From assembly GCA_019118325.1 (NCBI GenBank), contig DWZE01000089.1, positions 1,197 to 65,196 of the forward strand: a stretch of DNA of 64,000 nt. The letters are read 5' to 3'. Below are positions 10,300-18,777 of the stretch, piece by piece; positions within the stretch are counted from its first letter, which is position 1, and every line of letters begins with the position of its first letter. The stretch comes from Candidatus Bacteroides intestinavium. Its GTDB lineage: Bacteria; Bacteroidota; Bacteroidia; Bacteroidales; Bacteroidaceae. The position numbers were made by a program, and so were the translations under genes. The notes beneath the pieces are model-generated. The model saw only the letters and a list, made by a program, of their open reading frames with translations, did not search any database and was not told where the DNA came from.

Positions 10300-10956
10300 A
10301 TGACCGACCTCTTGCAACTCCTCAACCAATGGGACACAGACCTGCTGCTCGCCATCAACGGCTGGCACAACGGGTATTGGGACACTTTCATGTATGCCTT
10401 CAGCGGCAAGTGGGTGTGGGTGCCGATGTATGCCGCCCTGGTGTACCTGCTGGCCCGCAACCTGCCCTGGCGCACCACCCTGTGGTGCCTCGTGGGCGTG
10501 GCCCTGTGCATCACGTTTGCCGACCAGGTGGGCGCGTCCCTCATCCGCCCCTGGGCCGAACGCCTCCGTCCGGCCAACCCGGAGAACCCCATCTCGGACC
10601 TGGTGCACATCGTCAACGGCTACCGGGGCGGGCGCTACGGCTTCCCTTCGTGCCACGCGGCCAATACCTTCGGGCTGGCCTTCTACCTGATGCTCGTCGT
10701 CCGCCGCAAGGCGTTGACAGGGCTGCTCGTGGCCTGGGCGTTGGTGACGTGTTACTCACGGGCCTACCTCGGCGTGCACTATCCCGGCGACCTGCTGGCG
10801 GGAGCCTTGCTGGGACTGGCGGGGGCGGCCCTCTGCTACACGCTGTTCCGCCTGGTGGCACGCTACGAACGGCCCCGCCGCTTCCGGCAACTCTGGGTGC
10901 CCGCGCTGGTGTGCGGACTGACCGTGGCCGCGATGCTGGTGTACGCTTGTTTCTGA
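10300..10956 (+). CDS. lpxF: PAP2 phosphatase, probable lipid A 4'-phosphatase LpxF
   Basis: PAP2 motifs RLRP, FPSCHA, SRAYLGVHYPGD. Resembles B. thetaiotaomicron LpxF in sequence and in lying next to a sulfatase-like gene (from recall). Confidence 0.7.
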   Translation: MTDLLQLLNQWDTDLLLAINGWHNGYWDTFMYAFSGKWVWVPMYAALVYLLARNLPWRTTLWCLVGVALCITFADQVGASLIRPWAERLRPANPENPISDLVHIVNGYRGGRYGFPSCHAANTFGLAFYLMLVVRRKALTGLLVAWALVTCYSRAYLGVHYPGDLLAGALLGLAGAALCYTLFRLVARYERPRRFRQLWVPALVCGLTVAAMLVYACF

Positions 10957-10971
10957 CAAATACCTATATAT

Positions 10972-12150
10972 ATGGAGAAGATAGAGAATATGAGAACGCT
11001 GGGCGGGTGGATGAACGACCAGCTCACGTCGTGGGGACTTCCCTCCCGTTACGCCGACAGTATCGACGAAGTGTTGGTGGCCGTGCTTATCATCCTGCTG
11101 GCCATCGGGTTGAATTATTTCTTCCAGGCCGTGGTGGCCGGAGGCATCAAGCGGTATGCACGCCGCTCGGCGCGGATGTGGAGCACGCTGCTGGTGGAAC
11201 GCAAGGCGGTGCACCACCTCTTGCACGTGGTGCCGGGCATCCTGATTTACCTTCTCCTGCCCCTGGCCTTTGTCAAAGGCGACGGGATGCTGGACTTCTC
11301 GCGCCGGGTGTGCATGATTTACATCATCGTGGCCATCCTGCTGTCCGTCAACGCCCTGCTGCTGGTGATGCTCGATATCTACAACTCCAAGGAGGTGCGC
11401 AAGAACCATCCCATCCGGGGCTTCGTGCAGGTGCTCCAGGTAGTGCTGTTCTTCGTGGGCGGCATCCTGGCCGTGTCGGTGCTGATAGACAAATCGCCTG
11501 TTTACCTTTTCACCGGCCTGGGCGCGTCGGCTGCCGTGCTGATGTTGGTCTTCAAGGACAGCATCCTGGGCTTTGTGGCAGGCATCCAGCTGTCGGCCAA
11601 CGACATGCTGCGCATCGGCGACTGGGTGACCCTGCCCAATGGCTCGGCCGACGGCGTGGTGCAGGAGATTACCCTCAACACGGTGAAGATACAGAACTGG
11701 GACAATACCATCACCACCATCCCTCCCTACACGATGGTCAACAGTACCTTCCAGAACTGGCGGGGCATGCAGGAGAGCGGGGGACGCCGCGTGGACAAAC
11801 GCATCTGGCTCGACCTGGACACCGTGCGCTTCTGCCCGGCTGACGAGGTGGAGCGCCTCAAGCAGGACTTTCCCCTCTTGGCGGATTATGCTCCCGAGTC
11901 CCAACCTACCAACTCCCAACTCTACCGTACCTACATCGAGCGCTACCTGATGAGCCTCCCTGTGGTCAACCAGGACCTGGACCTCATCATCGCCCAAAAG
12001 GAGCCGACAGAGCATGGCCTGCCCATCCGCGTTTACTTCTTCTCCCGCGTCAAAGCCTGGCGGGAGTACGAACGCATCCAGTCTGACATTTTTGACCACC
12101 TGTTGGCCGTGGCGCCCCGTTTCGGACTGAAGCTTTACCAGGGGATATAA
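10972..12150 (+). CDS. Mechanosensitive ion channel, MscS family (YbdG/MscM-like)
   Basis: GLGASAAVLMLVFKDSILG, NDMLRIGDW, NWDNTITTIP, NWRGMQESGGRR. Confidence 0.93.
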   Translation: MEKIENMRTLGGWMNDQLTSWGLPSRYADSIDEVLVAVLIILLAIGLNYFFQAVVAGGIKRYARRSARMWSTLLVERKAVHHLLHVVPGILIYLLLPLAFVKGDGMLDFSRRVCMIYIIVAILLSVNALLLVMLDIYNSKEVRKNHPIRGFVQVLQVVLFFVGGILAVSVLIDKSPVYLFTGLGASAAVLMLVFKDSILGFVAGIQLSANDMLRIGDWVTLPNGSADGVVQEITLNTVKIQNWDNTITTIPPYTMVNSTFQNWRGMQESGGRRVDKRIWLDLDTVRFCPADEVERLKQDFPLLADYAPESQPTNSQLYRTYIERYLMSLPVVNQDLDLIIAQKEPTEHGLPIRVYFFSRVKAWREYERIQSDIFDHLLAVAPRFGLKLYQGI

Positions 12151-12239
12151 GGCACTTTGCCATTTTTCACATCGAAAAGGGTGGAATATCTGGGAGAAAA
12201 GCTATCTTTGTGGCTGTTTATCGAAAGAAATCAGGAGTT

Positions 12240-12515
12240 ATGGAACAATTGTGCGACATCAGACGACTTATCCATGAAGGGCAGGTAGCCGAAGCCATCC
12301 GTGCGCTGGACAGCCTGTTGGACACGGACTTCCCCGCACGGGACGAGGCTTACTACCTGCGTGGCAATGCCTACCGCAAGCAGGCCGACTGGCAACAGGC
12401 CCTGAACGACTACCAGCGTGCCGCCGACCTCAATCCGGACAGCCCCGCTGTTTCCGCCCGGCGCGCCCTTCTGGATATCCTGGAGTTTTACAACAAGGAC
12501 ATGTATAATCATTAA
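12240..12515 (+). CDS. Small tetratricopeptide-repeat protein
   Basis: AYYLRGNAYRK...ALNDYQRAADLNP TPR. TATCTTTG promoter box at 12203-12210. Confidence 0.85.
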   Translation: MEQLCDIRRLIHEGQVAEAIRALDSLLDTDFPARDEAYYLRGNAYRKQADWQQALNDYQRAADLNPDSPAVSARRALLDILEFYNKDMYNH

Positions 12516-12536
12516 CCCAAATAAACAACAGTAATT

Positions 12537-12764
12537 ATGGCTAAGATAAAAGGAGCAATCGTGGTGGACACAGAGCGTTGCAAGGGATGCAACCTGTGCG
12601 CCGTAGCGTGTCCGCTGCATGTGATAGCCCTCGCAAAGGAGGTGAACTTAAAGGGGTACAACTATGCCCGACAGGTGTTGGAAGATACGTGCAACGGCTG
12701 TGCATCATGTGCCACGGTATGTCCGGACGGTTGCATCTCGGTATATAAAGTGAAAGTAGAATAA
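12537..12764 (+). CDS. 2x[4Fe-4S] ferredoxin, 2-oxoacid oxidoreductase delta subunit
   Basis: Two CxxCxxCxxxCP motifs. First oxidoreductase subunit gene of the operon. Confidence 0.93.
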   Translation: MAKIKGAIVVDTERCKGCNLCAVACPLHVIALAKEVNLKGYNYARQVLEDTCNGCASCATVCPDGCISVYKVKVE

Positions 12765-12780
12765 CATAAGGATGAAAGAT

Positions 12781-13863
12781 ATGGCAGAAGAAGTAGTATT
12801 GATGAAAGGGAATGAAGCCATTGCCCGTGCCGCCATCCGTTGTGGAGCCGACGGCTATTTTGGCTATCCCATTACTCCTCAGTCGGAGGTATTGGAAACC
12901 CTCGCTGAATTGAAGCCTTGGGAAACGACCGGCATGGTCGTGCTGCAGGCCGAGAGCGAGGTGGCTTCCATCAACATGGTATATGGCGGTGCCGGTGCCG
13001 GCAAGATGGTGATGACCTCCTCCTCTAGTCCCGGCGTCAGCCTGATGCAGGAAGGCGTGTCCTATCTGGCCGGAGCCGAATTGCCTTGCCTGATTGTCAA
13101 TGTGATGCGTGGCGGACCAGGATTGGGTACCATCCAGCCCAGCCAGGCGGATTATTTCCAAACCACGAAAGGCGGAGGACATGGTGACTATCGTCTGATA
13201 ACCCTGGCGCCTGCCTCGGTGCAGGAGATGGCCGACTTCGTGGGGCTGGCTTTCGACTTGGCTTTCAAGTATCGCAACCCCGCCGTTATCTTGGCTGACG
13301 GTGTCATCGGACAGATGATGGAGAAGGTAGTCCTGCCTCCGCAGAAGCCCCGTCGCACGGATGAAGAGATTATAGCCCAATGTCCCTGGGCCACTACTGG
13401 GCGTACCAAGGGCCGCAAGCCCAACATCATCACCTCGCTGGAGCTGAAGCCCGAAGCCATGGAAGTAAATAACCTGCGTTTCCAGGCCAAATACAAGAAG
13501 ATAGAAGAGAATGAGGTGCGTTTTGAGAAGATACAGTGCGACGATGCCGACTATCTCATCGTGGCCTTCGGCTCCATGGCACGCATCGGACAAAAAGCGA
13601 TGGAGTTGGCCCGCGAAGAAGGCATCCGCGTAGGAATCTTACGGCCTATTACGCTTTGGCCATTTCCCACGCAAGCCATTGCCGAAATGGCCGGACAAGT
13701 GAAAGGAATGCTGGTGACGGAGTTGAATGCCGGACAAATGGTGGAAGACGTTCGTTTGGCCGTCAACGGACAAGTCAAGGTAGAACATTTCGGACGCTTG
13801 GGCGGCATCGTCCCCGATCCCGATGAAATTGTCGAAGCCTTGAAGGCGATGATAGACCAATAA
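12781..13863 (+). CDS. vorB: 2-oxoacid:ferredoxin oxidoreductase alpha subunit (VorB-type, 3-methyl-2-oxobutanoate dehydrogenase)
   Basis: GNEAIA, GYPITPQSE, QAESEVA, MRGGPGLG. Confidence 0.9.
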   Translation: MAEEVVLMKGNEAIARAAIRCGADGYFGYPITPQSEVLETLAELKPWETTGMVVLQAESEVASINMVYGGAGAGKMVMTSSSSPGVSLMQEGVSYLAGAELPCLIVNVMRGGPGLGTIQPSQADYFQTTKGGGHGDYRLITLAPASVQEMADFVGLAFDLAFKYRNPAVILADGVIGQMMEKVVLPPQKPRRTDEEIIAQCPWATTGRTKGRKPNIITSLELKPEAMEVNNLRFQAKYKKIEENEVRFEKIQCDDADYLIVAFGSMARIGQKAMELAREEGIRVGILRPITLWPFPTQAIAEMAGQVKGMLVTELNAGQMVEDVRLAVNGQVKVEHFGRLGGIVPDPDEIVEALKAMIDQ

Positions 13864-13874
13864 CAGTTACGGCT

Positions 13875-14096
13875 ATGGACACCGACAAGATACGAAACAT
13901 CCTGAACCTCGCCTTCATGTTGCTGGCCCTGCTGGCTGTCATCTTCTATTTCGCGATGGCCCACGACCAACGCTTCTTCCTCTACACGTGCGGAGCGGCG
14001 ATAGTTGTCAAGATGGCGGAGAGCTTCATACGTTTCACCAAGATTACCAAACCTAAAGAAAGGAACCACGATTATGACGAAAGAAGATATCATTAA
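13875..14096 (+). CDS. Small two-TM hypothetical protein
   Basis: Fills the gap between the alpha and beta subunit genes. Has two hydrophobic segments and overlaps the beta start. Confidence 0.6.
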   Translation: MDTDKIRNILNLAFMLLALLAVIFYFAMAHDQRFFLYTCGAAIVVKMAESFIRFTKITKPKERNHDYDERRYH

Positions 14097-14835
14097 ACCG
14101 GAGAATCTGGTTTACCGCAAACCGACGCTGATGAACGACAACCCCATGCACTACTGTCCGGGATGCAGCCACGGCGTCGTGCACAAGCTCATTGCCGAAG
14201 TCATCGAGGAAATGGGCATGGAGGAGAAGGCCATCGGCATTTCCCCTGTGGGCTGTGCCGTGTTCATCTACAACTACCTGGACATTGACTGGCAGGAAGC
14301 CGCCCACGGACGTGCACCCGCCTTGGCTACGGCCATCAAACGCCTTTGGCCGGACCGCCTGGTATTCACCTATCAAGGCGACGGCGACCTGGCCTGCATT
14401 GGTACGGCAGAAACCATCCATGCCTTGAACCGCGGCGAGAACATCACGATCATTTTCATAAACAATGCTATCTATGGCATGACGGGAGGACAAATGGCTC
14501 CCACCACCCTTGTGGGACAAAAGACCTCTACCTGTCCTTACGGCCGCGACGTGCACCTGCATGGCTATCCCTTGAAGATTGCCGACATCGCCGCCCAATT
14601 GGAGGGTACAGCCTATGTCACACGTCAAAGCGTACAGTCCGTTCCGGCCATCCGTCGGGCAAAGAAGGCCATTCGCAAGGCTTTCGAAAATTCAATGACC
14701 GGCAAGGGTAGCAACTTGGTAGAGATAGTATCTACATGCAACTCTGGCTGGAAAATGTCACCCGAAAAGGCCAACAAGTGGATGGAGGAGCATATGTTTC
14801 CTTTCTACCCGCTGGGAGATTTGAAAGATAAATAA
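14074..14835 (+). CDS. 2-oxoacid:ferredoxin oxidoreductase beta subunit (TPP-binding)
   Basis: YCPGCSH, HGRAPA, TPP-binding GDGD...NN motif, YGMTGGQMAPTT. Confidence 0.92.
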   Translation: MTKEDIIKPENLVYRKPTLMNDNPMHYCPGCSHGVVHKLIAEVIEEMGMEEKAIGISPVGCAVFIYNYLDIDWQEAAHGRAPALATAIKRLWPDRLVFTYQGDGDLACIGTAETIHALNRGENITIIFINNAIYGMTGGQMAPTTLVGQKTSTCPYGRDVHLHGYPLKIADIAAQLEGTAYVTRQSVQSVPAIRRAKKAIRKAFENSMTGKGSNLVEIVSTCNSGWKMSPEKANKWMEEHMFPFYPLGDLKDK

Positions 14836-14853
14836 CTAATGAATGAAGGAGCA

Positions 14854-15396
14854 ATGAAAGAAGAAATCATCATAGCAGGCTTCGGCGGACAGGGTGTTCT
14901 GTCAATGGGCAAGATTCTGGCTTACTCCGGCTTGATGGAAGGCAAGGAAGTAACGTGGATGCCCGCCTATGGTCCGGAGCAACGTGGCGGCACGGCCAAC
15001 GTGACCGTCATCATCAGTGACGAGAAAATATCGTCGCCCATTTTGAGTAAATATGACGCGGCCATCATCCTCAACCAGCCTTCGCTGGAGAAATTCGAGA
15101 GCAAGGTGAAACCCGGGGGCGTTCTTATTTACGATGGCTACGGCATTATCAACCCGCCCACACGTAAGGACATACATGTCTATCGCATTGATGCCATGGA
15201 TGCAGCCAATGAGATGAATAATACCAAGGCCTTTAATATGATTGTGTTGGGAGGTCTGTTGAAAATTAAACCGATGGTTACGCTGGAAAACGTGATCAAA
15301 GGCTTAAAGAAAACCTTGCCCGAACGCCATCATCACCTGATTCCCATGAATGAAGAGGCCATCCGCCGAGGAATGGAATTAATCCGCGAGGTATGA
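14854..15396 (+). CDS. 2-oxoacid:ferredoxin oxidoreductase gamma subunit
   Basis: AGFGGQGV, YGPEQRGG, NMIVLG. Confidence 0.92.
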   Translation: MKEEIIIAGFGGQGVLSMGKILAYSGLMEGKEVTWMPAYGPEQRGGTANVTVIISDEKISSPILSKYDAAIILNQPSLEKFESKVKPGGVLIYDGYGIINPPTRKDIHVYRIDAMDAANEMNNTKAFNMIVLGGLLKIKPMVTLENVIKGLKKTLPERHHHLIPMNEEAIRRGMELIREV

Positions 15397-15501
15397 AATC
15401 CTATTGACGCGGACAAAACATAGGAAGCCCTCTATTTCTATCCGTGAAGTCTGCGGAACTTGTGTCTTTGGGATGCCTCAAGGAATTCCTTGAAAAAGCA
15501 C

Positions 15502-15546
15502 AATGGCATGTGTGAATGAAAAATCGTAATCATTCCACATGCCATT
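15502..15546. terminator. Hairpin between convergent genes
   Basis: AATGGCATGTG...CACATGCCATT inverted repeat. Confidence 0.55.
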
Positions 15547-15571
15547 CTTATATGCTCTCTGTTACGTTCCT

Positions 15572-15763
15572 TTATACGAAAGGGCGATTGTTCCCTATCC
15601 GTTTATTGATGACAATATAGGCGAGCAGTCCGCCAATGATCAGCATCAGCGAACTGCCCAGCACCTTGTTATTAACATACCCGATGAGCAGGCAAAATCC
15701 AAACAGAAAGATGCCTATGCCGATAAGAATAAGTCCCAGGTTTTTTATTAGTCCTTTTTTCAT
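15572..15763 (-). CDS. Small two-TM hypothetical protein
   Basis: 63 aa with two hydrophobic helices, co-oriented with the upstream gene. Confidence 0.6.
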   Translation of the reverse strand: MKKGLIKNLGLILIGIGIFLFGFCLLIGYVNNKVLGSSLMLIIGGLLAYIVINKRIGNNRPFV

Positions 15764-15786
15764 TTAGTTGTATATGAGGTCTCATT

Positions 15787-18765
15787 TTAACCCAATGGAT
15801 TTTCCGGCAACATCACCACACTCTCTTTCTTTTTACCATCCATTTTCACCACTGCAGGGTGTTCGAAGCGAACGTGACGCAGATAGTCTGTTTCACGTAC
15901 GGCAGGCAGGGCGTTAAGATAATCCTGGTTGTAAAGCCCGTCGTTCATATAAGCATTGATGGTGAAATAACCAACGCCAAAAGAGGTCAGGTTCTGGAAG
16001 AAGTGTGTGCCTTGGCTGGGGTCTACGCGGTAGTTCGTCAGACCGGCTTCGACAATGACACGCGCGGCGGAAATGTGCGGCCATTTCACGGGGATTCCCA
16101 ACCAAGGGTCACTGCTGCCCCAACGTCCCGGACCGATGAGGATGTAATGGAGTTTCATATCCAGAAATTGCTGGTTCCACCTTTCAATCTCGCGGGCTAT
16201 CTCGGGATTGCGTGAAGCGCTGTAGTTCTGCGTCTTGACGTAGACTACATCCCGGATATCGTCCTGAATGCCGTGTCCCAAGGAATTATTGGAGCGCAAT
16301 AACAGGCGTTCGTCGGGAATAAGACTGAGGTCTTCGTCCAACATCTCCTTGCTGTCCACGATGGGGCGTATTTGCAAGAGGTAGAAGGTTCCGGTCTTGT
16401 CATTTTCGCGGCTCATGTTGGCTGCAAACTCTATTTCCACAGGACGGCGCATCTCTTCTTGTCCGTATTTTAAAGCCAACTGGAGAATACGTGCCAGGGG
16501 GAAGACATCGTGTTGAAGGATATTGGCAAAGGTGATGACCTTGCGCCCGCCCGGATAAAGGCCGTCACGGATGATTTGGTCATAAGGATCATAGGTGGAA
16601 GCAATGTAGTTCAGCGAACCGTCTTTTTCTGCTTCCTTGACGGGAAGTTTCAGCAGATTGAAGCCATCGTCGATGGAAAAGTTCTGTCCGCCATTGCTCA
16701 AGTCGAGGGCATAGAAGCGGGTCTGCGTTTCGCGCAAAGCCATTTCCAATTCACTGGTTTGAAGCACTTGATTGGGATGATAGGGGGAGAAACGCAAGGT
16801 CATGCCTCCGTCTACGATATATTTGCCTAAGCCTAATGCCAGATTAACGATACCTTCCTCGGCTTTCTCATCACCGATGGGGTAGTAGTTAAGGGAACGT
16901 GCCACACCCGACATGGAAGGATAGTAACGGTCTCTGTACTGATTGCCGACCACCTGCTGGAGTATGACAGCCATCTTTTCCTGGTCAATGACATTGCTGG
17001 TGGCCTGCATGTAGGCCTTCGAATCGCGGAAAAATACTGAGGCATATACGCCCTTGATGGCATCGGACAGCATACGCAGCATCTCGTACTTGTCATCTAG
17101 GTAGGGAATCATATACGTATTGTAGATGCCGGCAAAAGGCTGGTAGTGGGAGTCTTCCAACAGTGAGGAGGAGCGGATGGCAATAGGCGACTTCACTACA
17201 TCGAAGAAGGTGAAGAAGTCCTCCACCAGCCGGTCGGGCAATTTAGCCTTCAGGAAGTAGCGCAGGATGAGGTCATCGTCCGCATCGCTCAGGGCCACTT
17301 GATAGAGGTTATTCGTATCCATGAATTCATCAAAGACGTCCGTACAGAGCACTACGGTCTTGGGAATGGCCACCCGCGCATTCTCAAACTCTTCAAAGTC
17401 CGGATGATGCTTCACCAGGTTGTCTATGAAAGCCAGGCCGCGCCCTTTGCCGCCCAATGAACCGTCTCCAATCCGTGCAAAATTGGAGTAGAGGTCAAAG
17501 CGGTCACGCTTGAAGACGGCCACTACACCCTGGTTTTTCATCTTGCGGTATTTCACAATGGCTTCGAAGATGAGACGCCGGTGGGCATCCACATCCTGAA
17601 GGCTGTTCCAGGTGATGGGCTTCAAGAATTCGGCTATGGGGAACATGGCGCGCGAATAAAGCCAACGGCTGACATGGTTATGGCTGATATGGTAAAGGAA
17701 CGACTCTGCGGGCACGGCAAAAAGGATGTTCTGCAATTCCTTCAAGTTCTTAACCCGTGCGATTTCCTCACCCGTTTCCGGATTGCGGAAAATGAAATCC
17801 CCGAAGCCGAAATTCTGTACCACCGTACGCCGTAAATCAACATCCATTTTCTTTGAATTCTTGTCGATAAAGGCGGCCCCATACTTGGCGGCGTATGCGG
17901 AATTCTCCGATTCGCTTGACTGGATGATGAGGGGAACAAAGGGGTCTTCCTTGCGGATGGCGGCGCAAAGCTTGATGCCGCTCAACCCGTCTTTCGATCC
18001 GCCCTCCGTCTTTGGAAAGCGCACGTCGGTGATGACTCCCAGCAAATTGTTCTTGTATTTTTCGTAAATACCATAGGCTTCGTCGTAGGTACGGGCCAGG
18101 ATAATTTTGGGACGGCCTCGCATGCGCAAGGTACGCTGGTGGGCATTCAGAGCCTCGGTGCTGAATTCCTGACTCTGCTGAAGAACAAATTTATAGAGGT
18201 TGGGCAGGACAGAGGAGTAGAAACGTACCTCGTCCTCCACCAACAGGATGACCTGCACACCCACCTGATTGACGTCATGCTCCAGGTTCATCTTATCCTC
18301 AATCAGCTTGATGATAGACACCAACAAATCCGTATTGCCCAGCCAACAGAAAACGTATTCGAAGGCACTGAGGTCCTCGTTGGCCATCCGTTCACTCACT
18401 CCATGGCTGAAAGGAGTCAGAATGACGATGGGGATTTGGGGATAGTCCTGCTTGATGCGCCGGGCCGTGTCGAATATTTCCGTTTCGCCTGTACCGGGCA
18501 TACAGATGACCAAGTCATAGGTGAGCGAAGCCAGTTGCTCCAAAGCTTCATTACATGTGGTAGCCTGCGTGAAGCGGGGAGGGGAGCTGAGGGAAAGGGA
18601 AGCGTATTCATTGAAAATCTTTTCGTCAATGCGTCCGTCGTCCTCCAACATGAAGGCGTCATAAGGGTTGGCCACCAACAGCACATTGAAGATGCGTCGC
18701 TTCATCAGGTCGGCAAACTGGGTGTCCTTGAAATAGAGTTGATTGAGTTTGAATTTGCTTAGCAT
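15787..18765 (-). CDS. Receiver-like + PEP/pyruvate-binding (PPDK_N) domain protein
   Basis: ILLVEDE receiver-like segments, GGKGRGL, AIRSSSLLEDS, FAGIYNT, PVEIEFA, LLQIRPI. Confidence 0.88.
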   Translation of the reverse strand: MLSKFKLNQLYFKDTQFADLMKRRIFNVLLVANPYDAFMLEDDGRIDEKIFNEYASLSLSSPPRFTQATTCNEALEQLASLTYDLVICMPGTGETEIFDTARRIKQDYPQIPIVILTPFSHGVSERMANEDLSAFEYVFCWLGNTDLLVSIIKLIEDKMNLEHDVNQVGVQVILLVEDEVRFYSSVLPNLYKFVLQQSQEFSTEALNAHQRTLRMRGRPKIILARTYDEAYGIYEKYKNNLLGVITDVRFPKTEGGSKDGLSGIKLCAAIRKEDPFVPLIIQSSESENSAYAAKYGAAFIDKNSKKMDVDLRRTVVQNFGFGDFIFRNPETGEEIARVKNLKELQNILFAVPAESFLYHISHNHVSRWLYSRAMFPIAEFLKPITWNSLQDVDAHRRLIFEAIVKYRKMKNQGVVAVFKRDRFDLYSNFARIGDGSLGGKGRGLAFIDNLVKHHPDFEEFENARVAIPKTVVLCTDVFDEFMDTNNLYQVALSDADDDLILRYFLKAKLPDRLVEDFFTFFDVVKSPIAIRSSSLLEDSHYQPFAGIYNTYMIPYLDDKYEMLRMLSDAIKGVYASVFFRDSKAYMQATSNVIDQEKMAVILQQVVGNQYRDRYYPSMSGVARSLNYYPIGDEKAEEGIVNLALGLGKYIVDGGMTLRFSPYHPNQVLQTSELEMALRETQTRFYALDLSNGGQNFSIDDGFNLLKLPVKEAEKDGSLNYIASTYDPYDQIIRDGLYPGGRKVITFANILQHDVFPLARILQLALKYGQEEMRRPVEIEFAANMSRENDKTGTFYLLQIRPIVDSKEMLDEDLSLIPDERLLLRSNNSLGHGIQDDIRDVVYVKTQNYSASRNPEIAREIERWNQQFLDMKLHYILIGPGRWGSSDPWLGIPVKWPHISAARVIVEAGLTNYRVDPSQGTHFFQNLTSFGVGYFTINAYMNDGLYNQDYLNALPAVRETDYLRHVRFEHPAVVKMDGKKKESVVMLPENPLG

Positions 18766-18777
18766 ACGGATGGGGAT

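Noticed and set aside
6826-12099. Many overlapping Arg/Pro/Gly-rich ORFs in the GC-rich block
   Set aside because: Stop codons are scarce at high GC. The compositions are not protein-like and all overlap confident genes.
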